DNA of 64,000 nucleotides from Owenia fusiformis (lineage: Eukaryota): NCBI GenBank assembly GCA_903813345.2, contig CAIIXF020000001.1, positions 17,298,001-17,362,000 on the forward strand. Direction: 5' to 3'. Of the stretch, positions 1 through 11,900 are shown one piece after another; positions within the stretch are counted from its first letter, which is position 1; each line of letters starts with the position of its first letter. The notes beneath the pieces are model-generated. The model made no database searches and was not told where the DNA came from. It was given only the letters and a program-made list of their open reading frames with translations. A program made the position numbers and the translations under genes.

Positions 1-453
1 GAACTTTATGATCTACCCTCGTATATGCTTTTTTCTTGATGGCTGCAAAAAATATAACAAAAATTGCTAGTTCTATACCTTCTGTTCAATGCCATGTTAC
101 AATATTTGCGTTGAAATTTACATTTGTTGGGCTGTAAAATCAATTTGATTAAGTTTTCAGTCTTGAAAAATAAGAATTTTAACTTTCTATCGGAAATTAT
201 GCATTTTTCAAAATGGCCACCAAAAATCACCTTCGCATCTGTGAATGCTACAATGATAAGATTGGTGTCAAAATCTATACAAAAAGGTTTCGAGTCTTAA
301 AAAGCTTTGTCACCTTAACACGACAGCAAAATGGCTCCCAACAAACATCATAGTGGTCAGTATGTTTAATTTCATCTTTTAATGTTCTTTTTAACGCAGG
401 TCCTCGTCATCCAAGAGACACCAGAGTATCTTTTAATAACTCGCAATGAACCT

Positions 454-1302
454 CACCCTATGCAGACAGAGCCTGTGGGAAATATTGGGTGCGGAGCAAA
501 TGAGCAGAGGGTGCGGAGCTAACGGTCATTTTTGAATTTAAAATTGGGATATTTCTGAAACTAAGCCGTTTTGGGACTTCAAATATACCAAGATATGTGT
601 ATTTGACACCAAATATCAATACAATTGTGAAAATAGTAGCGCAATTCATTCTATAGCGACGCAGTGTGCCTTAAACCTTTCCCAGACCTATAAATTTTGA
701 AATTATCCTTTTAATACTGAGTCCCCAGCATTCATAAAAAATGGTGTTCAAGGTGCACTATCTATACAAATTATTTTTGCATCTTGGAAGCCAGGCAGTA
801 TCTGGGTGATTTTATAAAAATTCGGAAATTTTTTCAGATATGAGCCCCCTCTAAATATTGGGTGCGGAGCAGCTCCATAAACGTAGCTCCGCACCCAATA
901 TTTAGAGGGGCTCATATCTGAAGAACATTTCCGAATTTTTATAAAATCACACAGATACTGCCTGGCTTCCAAGATGCAAAAATAATTTGCATGGGTAGTG
1001 TATCTTGAACACCATTTTTTATGAATGCTGGGGACGCAGTATTAAAAGGATAGTCTCAAAATATATAGGTCTGGGAAATGTTTAAGGCATACTGCGTCGC
1101 TATAAAATGAATTGCACTACTATTTTCACAATTTTATTGATATTTGGTGTCAAATACACATATCTTGGTATATTTGAAGTCCCAAAACGTCTTAGTTTCA
1201 GAAATATCCCAATTTTAAATTCAAAAATGACCGTTAGCTCCGCACCCTCTGCTCATTTGCGCCGCACCCAATATTTCCCACAGGCTCTGTCTGTATAGGG
1301 TG
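454..1302. mobile_element. Palindromic (foldback) MITE, CACCC...GGGTG ends, 6-bp TSD
   Basis: Arms 454-870 and 886-1302 (~417 bp) are near-perfect reverse complements around a 15-bp spacer; GAACCT flanks both ends (448-453, 1303-1308). The mirrored ORFs 458-649(-) and 1107-1298(+) are a by-product. Confidence 0.9.
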
Positions 1303-1339
1303 GAACCTGCACCTGCAATGGTGAACAATGTACCATATA

Positions 1340-1952
1340 CAGGGTGGGCCAAAAAAAACGCCACTTTTTTTTCAAGACACTATTACTTTTTTATTTTCCA
1401 ACCTACATACCCCTTTTGCAGTTATACAGTGCCAAGGGTTCTAAGTAATAATATAATGTAACAAGTCCTTCAACTGAGATTATATTTGATCTAAAAGAGG
1501 AGTCCAATTGGTCCGCCACCATATTTGATGATAGATTTTAGTTTAAGTCGCCTTGCTGAAATAGCAGTATCAATGAAATGTTAGCATAATTTTTTTCACC
1601 ATGTCTTAATTGCCAGCTTTAGTTGAGCAATTTTTTAGATTGGGTGCCTTCATACCATCTCCTGGAAATCTTCCCTATACTCACTGGGGTTTGCATCAGG
1701 GCTATTGGCTTGGCGGTCATCAGGCCATATCAGTTCAGGAACATTTTGCAAATTATGCTTATTTCTCTTGGCGCACCACATGTTTAAGTGAGACGCTGGT
1801 GACATATTTTATTCAAGTAAAAGTGTATAATTCATGATCCATGGCTAGATAACAACCTCAAGTTTCATTTGCTATGCAAATTATGATTTTGCATCATAAA
1901 TTAAAAAAGTTATAGCATTTTGAAAAAAGTGGCGTTTTTTTGGACCACCCTG
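1340..1952. mobile_element. Tc1/mariner-type non-autonomous element (MITE)
   Basis: TA|CAGGGTGGGCCAAAAAAAACGCCACTTTTTT ... AAAAAAGTGGCGTTTTTTTGGACCACCCTG|TA: ~30-bp TIR with TA target duplication. Confidence 0.85.
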
Positions 1953-2555
1953 TATATCAGCTAATCTTATCATTGTAACATGGACAGAAGCTACAGAATT
2001 AAATATCATTTTTTGTTATATTTTCCACAGCCATTTAGAAAAAGCCATGCATTTTCAATAAAAAGTGAATTTTTTATTATGAAAGACTCGAATGCGAATT
2101 GACATCCTTCGAAGAAATATCCTGCTAACAAATATAAAGATGTCACTGTAAACCTCAACATATATCCGAAAACGTCCAGAGTCGGAATCTTTGTGTTTGG
2201 GTTTACTGTTCTCGCCCAATCAGACAAATAATTCAGTGTATAAGGCTTCTGTCAAGCATTGATCCCCAACTCATTCTTAAAATGATTAAGTGTGTGTCCG
2301 TAATTTCATATCCAGAAATTGTAATAATCAGACATATTCTTATTTCCTAATTCAAGGTTCGTACACTTTTTTCAAAATGAAATTCCCTGACATTTCCCTG
2401 ACATTTCCAGGCAAAAAAGGAAATTTCCAGATAAAGTTTTGCTTGCACGGCCTGCTAAAAAGTCATACAACTGTATTATTTAACATTTTATGAAACATTA
2501 TGGTTTGCACCACTGCAAGCGAAGGAAACTCAAAAGGGGGAGGTTGTTACAAGAA

Positions 2556-2635
2556 GGGCAATATAGTGAAATATTGGACCGAGGGCCGAAACTTAAGGCC
2601 GAAGGCCCAAGGTCCAATATTTCACTATATTGCCC
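2556..2635. repeat. Hairpin with 25-bp arms, probably the palindromic end of an interspersed repeat
   Basis: GGGCAATATAGTGAAATATTGGACC (2556-2580) and its exact reverse complement (2611-2635), with a GC-rich GGCCGAAGGCC loop. Confidence 0.75.
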
Positions 2636-2931
2636 GCAGAAATGCCGTTATTAGTATTATTACCACCGTTAATGACCAGGATTGAAATAGCAAGAAAATC
2701 GTACGCACTGAACAATATCTAATTTCCCGGGGAAAAATTGCCGGTCATTAATTGCCGGTCATTAATTGCATTCTTGAATGGAAATATTGACCACCACCAT
2801 TACGTCACATATTGCTCAGGTCGATATAGTAAAATGAATGACTTCTAACCAGCACTAAAAACCCTAGAACTGGCCCGGCAAAGTGGTAACAATACAGAAT
2901 TGTGTACCTTTTTGTTATTTATGAGTTAAAT

Positions 2932-5147
2932 CACTGGGGGGGGGGGGTATCGTGATGCAACAACACCGTGTTGTTGCATCAAGATGGCCAGACTTCCGGT
3001 GATAGATTTTCGTACAATATTTTCTTTTCCCAATTTAAACCCATTTCTCGAACGAGTTGATCAATAATCATACACATGCAGTTATCGCATGATCTATATT
3101 TTAAAAAACTGTCATTAGTATACATGTAGCATCATCAAGAAGCGATAAATTCGCGGTTTTAATTCCTCACTATTGATGCAACAACACCACTCTGTTTATT
3201 ATCGATGATGCAACAACACCAATGTGCTGATGCAAAAACGCCAATATAATGTATCATTGAACAACAAGAGAAACTGTTTTATGTTCTGTTTCCAAGTGTT
3301 CGGGTCGGGACATGAATAAAACGCGCGAGTCAGTCATGAATGAAACGTATTTTGTTTGGTTTCAATGATTTACCGTATGGAAATTGTTTACAAATAACTA
3401 ATATAATTATGGAAAGACAACAGATATCAGTCATTTTGTGTTGTTAGTACCTCAATTAAAATACTCATTTCTGATTGGTTGATGAGCGGTCAACAATTGT
3501 ATATTGTAGTACCTCAATTGAAATACTTAATTCTGATTGTTTGATGAGCGATCAACAATATGTACTGTTGACCGCTACTAGGTACTGTTGGCTGCTACTT
3601 TTGAAAAAAATGTTTTTGAATGTTGGAATTTTCTTTAATTTTGAAAAAATAAGTTGTGTAAAAAATTACAAGTATTCGACGGTTTGGGGATTTTTTGCCA
3701 AAATATGATACCTTTACTTATCAAATATGTTCACGTGATATTCGATTATATATTCGTCCAATTATTATATTCTTTGGACTTACAAAACAATTGTTAACCT
3801 CTCTTTTCGGTCAACTGGCAAAAGTGTATACCTCAACAATAAACCTCGAGAGAACTGTTGACCTCGACCTCCGGTCTCGATCAACGGTACTTTCAAGGTT
3901 TTCAGTATCGGTATACAATTTTGCCAGCTGTTGACCTCAAGAGAGGTCTACAATTGTATACTGTTGTCCGCTACTAGGTACTGTTGACCGCTACTTTTGA
4001 AAAAATGATTTTTAAATGTTGATTTTTTTTTAATTTTGAAAAAATATTGAGAGGGATTCAATATTGGTTTTATTCCGAGAGACAATATAATATTTCCCGA
4101 GGGCCCGGGAGAATCTGGGATTACTGTACTGTACCCCTATCAATTTACCTTTTTGGGCCTTAAATCGTATCACTTTTTTAACCTTTTTACTCAGTCGGAG
4201 AGAATGAATCCAAAGAGAGCAATACTTCTACATGCGCGCCGTGCAAGATTTTCATTAAACGTGTAACTAAACCCCCCTAATAAAGTCAATTAGACGCTTT
4301 TACACGTTGGCTCTCCAAATTGGAGGAAATAAAGAATTATATCATATCATATCATATCATAGATGAAGCAATCATCCCATCAACATGCTTTTTGAACAGT
4401 TTTAGTTATATTTTGATAAACAGTGATAACGTACTTGCATCTACTAGTTTATCACTGTTCCACAGATGGATGACAGATAATTTCCAATAGCTCGTCATAT
4501 TTACCGAGAACGAAAGATGTTTGTCCATCATCTTGAATGGTACTATCTGGAGTCAGGGTCATCAAGCTATGGAACAGTGGTTTATGAAAATAGATTGGGT
4601 AACTATAGCTTGCCATGTTAAAGGCGATTGAACTATGTCATAGAACAACGTCCAGTACATTATGATACTAGTATTTAAAAGAATTTTTGAAAATACATAT
4701 AAAAAAAATCTTCGCCCGCAGGACGTGTATTTTAGAATGCCTTGAGAAGAACGCAAATGGGTAATGGGTAACGGTGTAGCAATAGTAGCTTTAAAATCTG
4801 TTCCTCTCGAGATTTATGGTCTTCTGAAATTAGTTATTAATTGGTGTTGCTGCATCATTGCTTAAATCTAGAGGAGTGTTGTTGCATCTTCGGTTTGGTG
4901 TTGTTGCATCAATAGTGAGGAACTAAAACAGTGAACTTATTGCTTGTTGATGATGCTACATGTATAATAATGACAGTTTCTTTAAATATAGATCGTGCGC
5001 TAACTGCACGTGTATGGTTATTGAGAAACTCGTCCTAGAAATGGGTTTAAATTGGGGAAACAAAATATCGTACGAAAATCTATCACCGGAAGTCTGGCCA
5101 TCTTGATGCAACAACACGGTGTTGTTGCATCACGATACCCCCCAGTG
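2932..5147. mobile_element. Non-autonomous Transib-like DNA transposon (CAC...GTG, 5-bp TSD, ~260-bp TIRs)
   Basis: CACTGGGG...TATCGTGATGCAACAACACCGTG at the left end is mirrored at ~4895-5147; TAAAT is duplicated at 2927-2931 and 5148-5152. CAC termini with a 5-bp TSD are characteristic of Transib. No transposase ORF is visible. Confidence 0.75.
3440..4050. repeat. Hairpin-bearing repeat nested in the Transib-like element
   Basis: Direct duplications (AGTACCTCAATT.AAATACT..TTCTGATTG.TTGATGAGCG twice; TACTGTTG.CCGCTACTAGGTACTGTTG at ~3583 and ~3959) and an imperfect palindrome at ~3795-3950. Confidence 0.55.
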
Positions 5148-5906
5148 TAAATGAGTTAAAGTTAAATATGAAAGTGAATCTCAATAAAACGTGTATTAAA
5201 ACTTATAGATCTTGATACTTATACAATACAAGACACCCTTCAAGTAACCATGCTCTTTATATAAGGAAGGTCAGTCGTGATCATGAAGAATGTAGGAGTT
5301 CGCGAGTGAAACACAAGCTTATGTCAACTTGTTTTGTTTGAAGTATACATGGAGGCTCTCAAGATTTAATTCTTCAGTCCAGAGTGGACACACCCGCTAT
5401 ACAACAACTGCTCAATGTGTTTTTGAATAACATAATATTTAAACAAAGTGAATTTGAATAGATCTGATACGCTTAGAATAAAGACAAACAAAGATTTGAC
5501 GAATCTCGTTAGATACTGTGAAAATAGTGTTGTTCACTTTTTTTATTTGAAAAAAGGTTTATCCAAACAAATTCTTTTGGATTCGAAAAGATGATCCGAA
5601 TGCAAAAAAATTAAGTAATATCAATTTTCGCAAAGTAACAGTTTATTCGGTGAGGACACCTATGTTTTATTCCGTCTTGACAGAACACAGTGTTAATATC
5701 ATTGAGGGTATTGAGAATCACAAGGCAGTAAAGTACACATCACTCAAAGTGTAGTTATACACATACACATATACCCGATTGCTGGATTTGATGGTCTATA
5801 GGTGTGGAGTGGATACCTACACATACTTAATTATTAAGTCAAATCAGAAATGTAAGATTTACTAGGACAGGAATCGTAGGTTTTTCTGAGAGAAACCATT
5901 TAAAGG

Positions 5907-5936
5907 ATGAACACAATCTTATTTGTGCTTTTGATG
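5907..5936 (+). CDS. Exon 1: start of signal peptide ([10 protein letters not shown])
   Basis: ATG at 5907, strong donor GTGAGT at 5937; joins in phase 0 to [13 protein letters not shown], giving a typical signal peptide. Exon 2 has an in-frame stop just upstream (7902), so it needs an upstream exon. Confidence 0.75.
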
Positions 5937-8900
5937 GTGAGTATTGGAATTTTTATTTTTTTAAACAATATGTTAATCGTAGGCATCGTGTTACATAAAC
6001 TTAATAGTTCTTCATCTTATGGTACTCGATATAATTTGCATTGGTTACTCTTTCAGCGGTTGCTAGGGCTGCATCCAAAAATAACGGCGACAAATTTGCA
6101 TAACATTGATTTGTAAAATTCGTTAGGGTGATCTTATTTTTGACGTCTTTTATGTCTTATGATGATGAACGATGTCTATCTCAGTGATCTTTATCGTTTT
6201 GATAATTTCAATTATTTTACATCGACAAATTATTTTAACAAACTACATTGGGACGGGTAAACTACAATTTTGGATCGAATGGGAGCTGGGCTGATGTGGG
6301 AGGGGATCCTGGCGGGAGGGGATCAATTTATAAAGTATATACACATATCTGTACACTTGCGACCACATATATTTGCTTGCGACATTACGAAGACAGGACT
6401 TTATATAACACAACATGCAAACAATATCGATGAGCGTATCAAGTATATATGGAAAATTGGAAATTAAAGATGTTGATAACAGATGGGAAAACCACGATGC
6501 AATTTTAATCTTCTATATGGTGTTGTAAGTACATGAATCATGTTCAGTTCAAAGGACAACAATTCACTGAAATCAAAAGGACGATGGGCACCTTAACCTG
6601 CAAATCCAAACATTAACGCAACTTGTTCAGTATAATACCCTGACTGATCTCCATTCTAGAACGTTTGTTTATCCTTTTACGTGTTTAAACTTACATGAAT
6701 TAAAGACCAACCCATATGTGTGTTCTGTTTGCCGAATCTCGTTAACTCAGTAAAAGATTGAATAAGTGAGCTTGTAGCTTACTCGGGATGAGTAAATACT
6801 TGAGATTCCGTTTCGGGAAAATTTTTAGGTATCAAAGGTGTTAGTATAATATATGATTTAACATTTTGCTGTAAAACTATTTGTTTTGCCCACCATGTGT
6901 CGTTTGCCGCCCTCTGTACCAAAGTATTCACACGTTGGCGAATGTTGAGCCAATATACGGTCTAATGTAACAGCTCCATAACAAGGAAGTACAGTCACTT
7001 TTTACATTACAATTGCTAGGTTTTTTTGGCTAAAATTCATAAATGCAAATAGTTGTGTTTCTTGGGGGGCCCCCTTTCTTGTCTGTCTATCACATTAGAA
7101 TCGTAACAAAGACCTCGATTAAATAATTTATGTCAAATATAGGACCTTTTTTAACAATGAACAGAATCAAATTGTCGGTCATATACTACACCATGAATTA
7201 TAAAATCTCGGTCTTTTTTCCTTAATTATAGATTTTTACTTTGCAAAATTATTTATTCAATTTTTAGGTTAGAAACTGTGTTTTGCCTCCGCTCCCCCAT
7301 TTTCGATATTTCTTTTCTTCAAAGATTCGACCAAACAACTAAACCAGATTTACCAAATCTCGAGCTCTAGAAAAGATAACTACCCATGTTTTTTGTCCTA
7401 AAAAGCTAGATCCTATATACACCTATCACATTCAATCATTACCCTTTCGGGCTAACATAGCATTACATGTTACTTTTTAATTGAAAAAGAAAAATACACC
7501 AAAAATAGCCCCTATGATACTTTGACCTATACTTGACTCCATTTGACCTACTTTTTGAGATCTTAATACACTTTCCTCGAGAGTTTGGAATGACCTATAA
7601 TACGGTACCTCGGTTTTTACTCAATCTCTTCAACTTTGGAAACGCCAAGGGAGGGAGGAGGGGGGTGGGTCATCAGTCCAATAGTGTTATGAAAAATACG
7701 TTGTACACATTAGGGTGGTTGAATTGAATGATCTCTCCCAACGTCGTATTGTGGATTTTTAATTTAGCATCTATTCTCTTTTTTTGCTTCGGCCGAGCCA
7801 TTGATGCGCGCGCACTAAGAAATCGGGTCGTTTCACTTGATTTAAACGAACAATGTCAAATACCGACCTAGGCCATATGTGGATTTTTAATTTGACAATT
7901 GTAACTTATTCTTCACTTCAAGGTCATTGGAACCACAAGAGGAGATGGTCGATTTGAACTGAAAATGTTGAGTTACAACAACACCGAAGGCCTAGATATA
8001 TCTGAAAGCTGCTGTGATAAGCCCTGTGATGGAACTACAAGTTGCGATCATATCTTTACTGTGTGTATCTCGTCGTCTAGGTAAGTAAATAGGAGATGTT
8101 TTGCTGTCACAGCAAGTTAGTTACAAATGCAATTGCTATTCTTGGTAACATTAACGTAGTTTATTGTACATCATTATCCGTCCATGTCATAATTAACCCC
8201 TAGAGGATAAATTGAAAAAATAAATCATAGTTTTAATCATATTTTTTTGTCGATTATTTTGCCAATTTAGTAGTAATTTAAAGCAGTTTGTTGTTGGTCT
8301 TGATCTTTTCTGGAATACTCGTTTTTTATCATCACTGTCTGTCCGTTCTTCCATCCATCCATTGGTCCATTCAACATCACCTATGGACAGATGGGAACTG
8401 CCTACTATCTAAATTCTCATTTTCATTTACGAGAGTTTATACTCGTAATTTGGTTGTGTCATTTTAAGCAAATTCCCCAATAATCATCTTATACTTAGTG
8501 TATTAAGTATAACATGAAGCGAAAAAAGTAGATAGCATTGAAATGTGAACATATGAACTTGAATGGCACAATAACGTTTCAATACAACGTTCATCAAAAT
8601 GAAGAAGACAATTTTACATAAGAATTAATATGGTTTGACAATCGATGGCATCGTATAATCCATGAGTTTGGAACACATATATAGTAGTTGGAATAAGTCG
8701 CAAGTAATATTTAGTCTTAATCATAATTAGTGTTTAAATGAATTTTGGAATATTTTTATTTTTACACAATAAACCCCTGGGGATGAAAGGATTAATTAAA
8801 ATGTGTAGACACAGGGGCTCCGTTATCTTATCTGATCAATATTTCTGACAACCGCCGCTTTCCATTGGTGTATTCAAGCCCAGGGACAAAACTGCTCTTT

Positions 8901-11900
8901 CTTTTGTCACCCGTTTGCTCAACCATATAGTAATAATTAATGATTGATTTTGTTGTTGCAGTAATCATGATTGTGATTTGATTGAGTATTCCGTGGGACC
9001 ATTCGACAGCAAGGATTTCGTTTCCGAGGACGATTTCAACGAAAACCCGGATGCTTCTAAAATAGTTACATTTGAAAAGTGGAATGTAAGTTTTTATTTT
9101 TTATTTTAAATTTACATGAGTATAACAATGGGCAAGCTTAAGAAAAACTAGATGTATTAACATAAATCATTAAAATCGATTTAGAATTTTAATAATAATT
9201 TAAATGTATGTGCATTGTTAGAAAAGATTGTCCAAAATCGGTTGCGCTAATTTCCCTCCTCCTTTATGATTATTATTTAATTTCGCGCTATACATTTAAT
9301 AGGATATCGCGATACCTGCTATCTTTGGAAGCACATAGGTTCAGTTGGAGATAAGTTGAAAAATTGTTTATCCTGATTAGGTTTCATCTGAAAGAGACTA
9401 AACGCCCATAATATTGTGACTCTATATGAATATATATTGGGGATTGGCTTAGGTACCTAAGGTATGTTGGCTTAGGTACATACCTGTATATACAACACCC
9501 ACTCGTTCCTATTATTCACACAACTTCCTAATTTGCCAGACATTTACTTGGAACAAATCCAAGGACAATTGAAACTGAAAAAATGTGATCAAAAGATTAT
9601 ACCATAATGAAAAGACTACACAATTAATTTCCATTAAACTTATGTTTAAACATAAACGTCATTTGCCGTAAACTCTAAAAGAGTGTAACATCTTTTTGCA
9701 GTCACACCCAATTTTTATAGTATTTTTTTTAATATTGAATAATATAATGAATAACACATACTAATACAATGAATAAAGGTAAAAATATTGCTTTACGCCA
9801 TATTATCCGAGAATATACTTTTAAGTATAAATATAAATATTTGTCATATATGATAATGCATTGAATATCAACCATACAACCACTTTCAAAATTCGGATAG
9901 TCATAAACCAATGCAGCTAATATATTTTGAATAAGAATACTACTTCACAATAGTATAGTCTGGATGTTTTTGTCTCAGACGACGCATACTGGAGCCCAGA
10001 ATGAGGACAATGAAAAGTAATTATGAAGTAAAGTTGGGATCACAAATTCAGAAATTGATCAATATCATTTACATTCACGATGACAAACAAATGACACAAA
10101 TGACAACAAATAATCAGGAAGAAAGCAAAATTTAAATCACTATATTGTAAAAAGATAAATATTCAAGCAGTTATCATGACCCAGTATTCATGGCCTTGGA
10201 ACCAGGAGTTTATATTTTTAATTTATAAACCATTATAAAATTACCCTTTCGATTCACTTAAGCGGTTAATAGATCAAGACACTTCATGTCATCTCTAGGG
10301 AATGTAATACATATCCAAAGGTATTTCAACTGAAGATTCAGATCTCAAAATTAATGCCGTGTAAATATGTAATAAATTTTCATTTTGATCTGCCTATTTC
10401 AATGCATCATAGCTTGCGATTTATTAACATTGAAAGTTGAATTTCGATAAAATAATGAACATTAAGATGAAACATTGGTGAAAAATAGATGACTAGAAAT
10501 CCTAAATTACCCACAGTAAGGCACTCAAGTACACTTCTTAACATTGCGTGGAACACTGCGATTGGAGCCCTTGAGATTTTGACCTATGGGACCCCATGGA
10601 ACCTTGTGGAATATGGGATGTTGCCCCGATATGTCCCAAAAAGTCAATTTCCTCACGAGGCAGACACAAATAGTCAAATAGAATCATACCAAATCATATG
10701 ACGTTCCACAGAAACAATGTTCGTTGTACTCATGTACCATAGCCACGAGGGTATAGTTGGTAATCGAGACTGCATGATATATCCATGTCCTGATGAACTA
10801 GATGAATCTAAATTAAACTTCATAGGGTACTTAAGGGCCGTTTAGTGTACATAAATAAAAAAGAAAACATCTATAATGAAAACAAATTCCAACTATCCCA
10901 AATCATAATTCAACATGAGTTGAAACAGTGTCTAATATCACCCCACCTTTCCACCATACCAATATCACAATCCGAAACCATAACACCAAGGGACATTTCA
11001 TTCATACTAAATTACAACTGTTTACGACTAATAATTAACTTTTTTCAGGGAGAAATATATATAAAGATAACCGTTTCTGACGATGATACAGCAATTGATA
11101 CAGAAGTTGATACTCTGCAAGATATCTATACTCTGGCCAATGCTTCGGCAATAGGCCAGAGTCAGATTGAGCAAGTGGATGTTACAGGTACAAGGGCTGT
11201 TTCTCCAACTAGGTGAGTAAGCCTTATTTTTAAGTACGTTTTTTTTATTTAAGCAATTCATTACGGGCTTTGTCCTATTTGGGCATTATAGCCAAAAGGG
11301 GACATGCCATTAAGAGGCCATTCTCTGACTTAGTCATGTTTTCAAAAGTGTGAAAATAAAAATATTCATGAAAAGTTCTTAAAATATTCTGAATAACAAG
11401 TTGAATATATATATTTAATGATGGCACAAGCAAGTCTGAAAATTAACATGAAATGAAGGGTTTTGACAGATGCAAAAGATGGTAGATTTGTGATGAAGAA
11501 ATAGAGGTTTTTGCAGTAACAACACAATTACCTCGAATTTATCGGTTATGAGAGACTGAGGACTAAACTTGACATAATTTTCAATCTCAGATTATCAGTA
11601 GTATCTAACTTAAGCCGGACAGCCACTCAAAATATATATGGAGCCCATAAGATTCATTTTTCTCAATTGAAGTCACTATTTCTGTTTTTAGCTTCAGAGG
11701 ATAGGAGGTACATGAACATGCTAAGTTTACCTAGATCACAAGCCTTACCACAAATATAAAGTATATAAGAATAGAGTTGATATGTGTGAAAACCTTAAAC
11801 TTCCCATTTTATTGGGGATGGAACTTGTGGACCATGTGTATTTCTAACTTCTTCACATGTGCATGGATCCAAAATTGTGGCAGCCATCTTGGATTTGTCA

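Noticed and set aside
458-1298. Two near-identical 63-aa ORFs on opposite strands
   Set aside because: Artefact of the palindromic MITE; no protein motif.
7852-7922. ATGs just upstream of exon 2 as the gene start
   Set aside because: They are out of frame or cut off by the in-frame TAA at 7902; exon 5907-5936 supplies a proper signal peptide.
8193-8797. Possible piggyBac-like MITE bounded by TTAA
   Set aside because: The terminal repeats are too degenerate to support.
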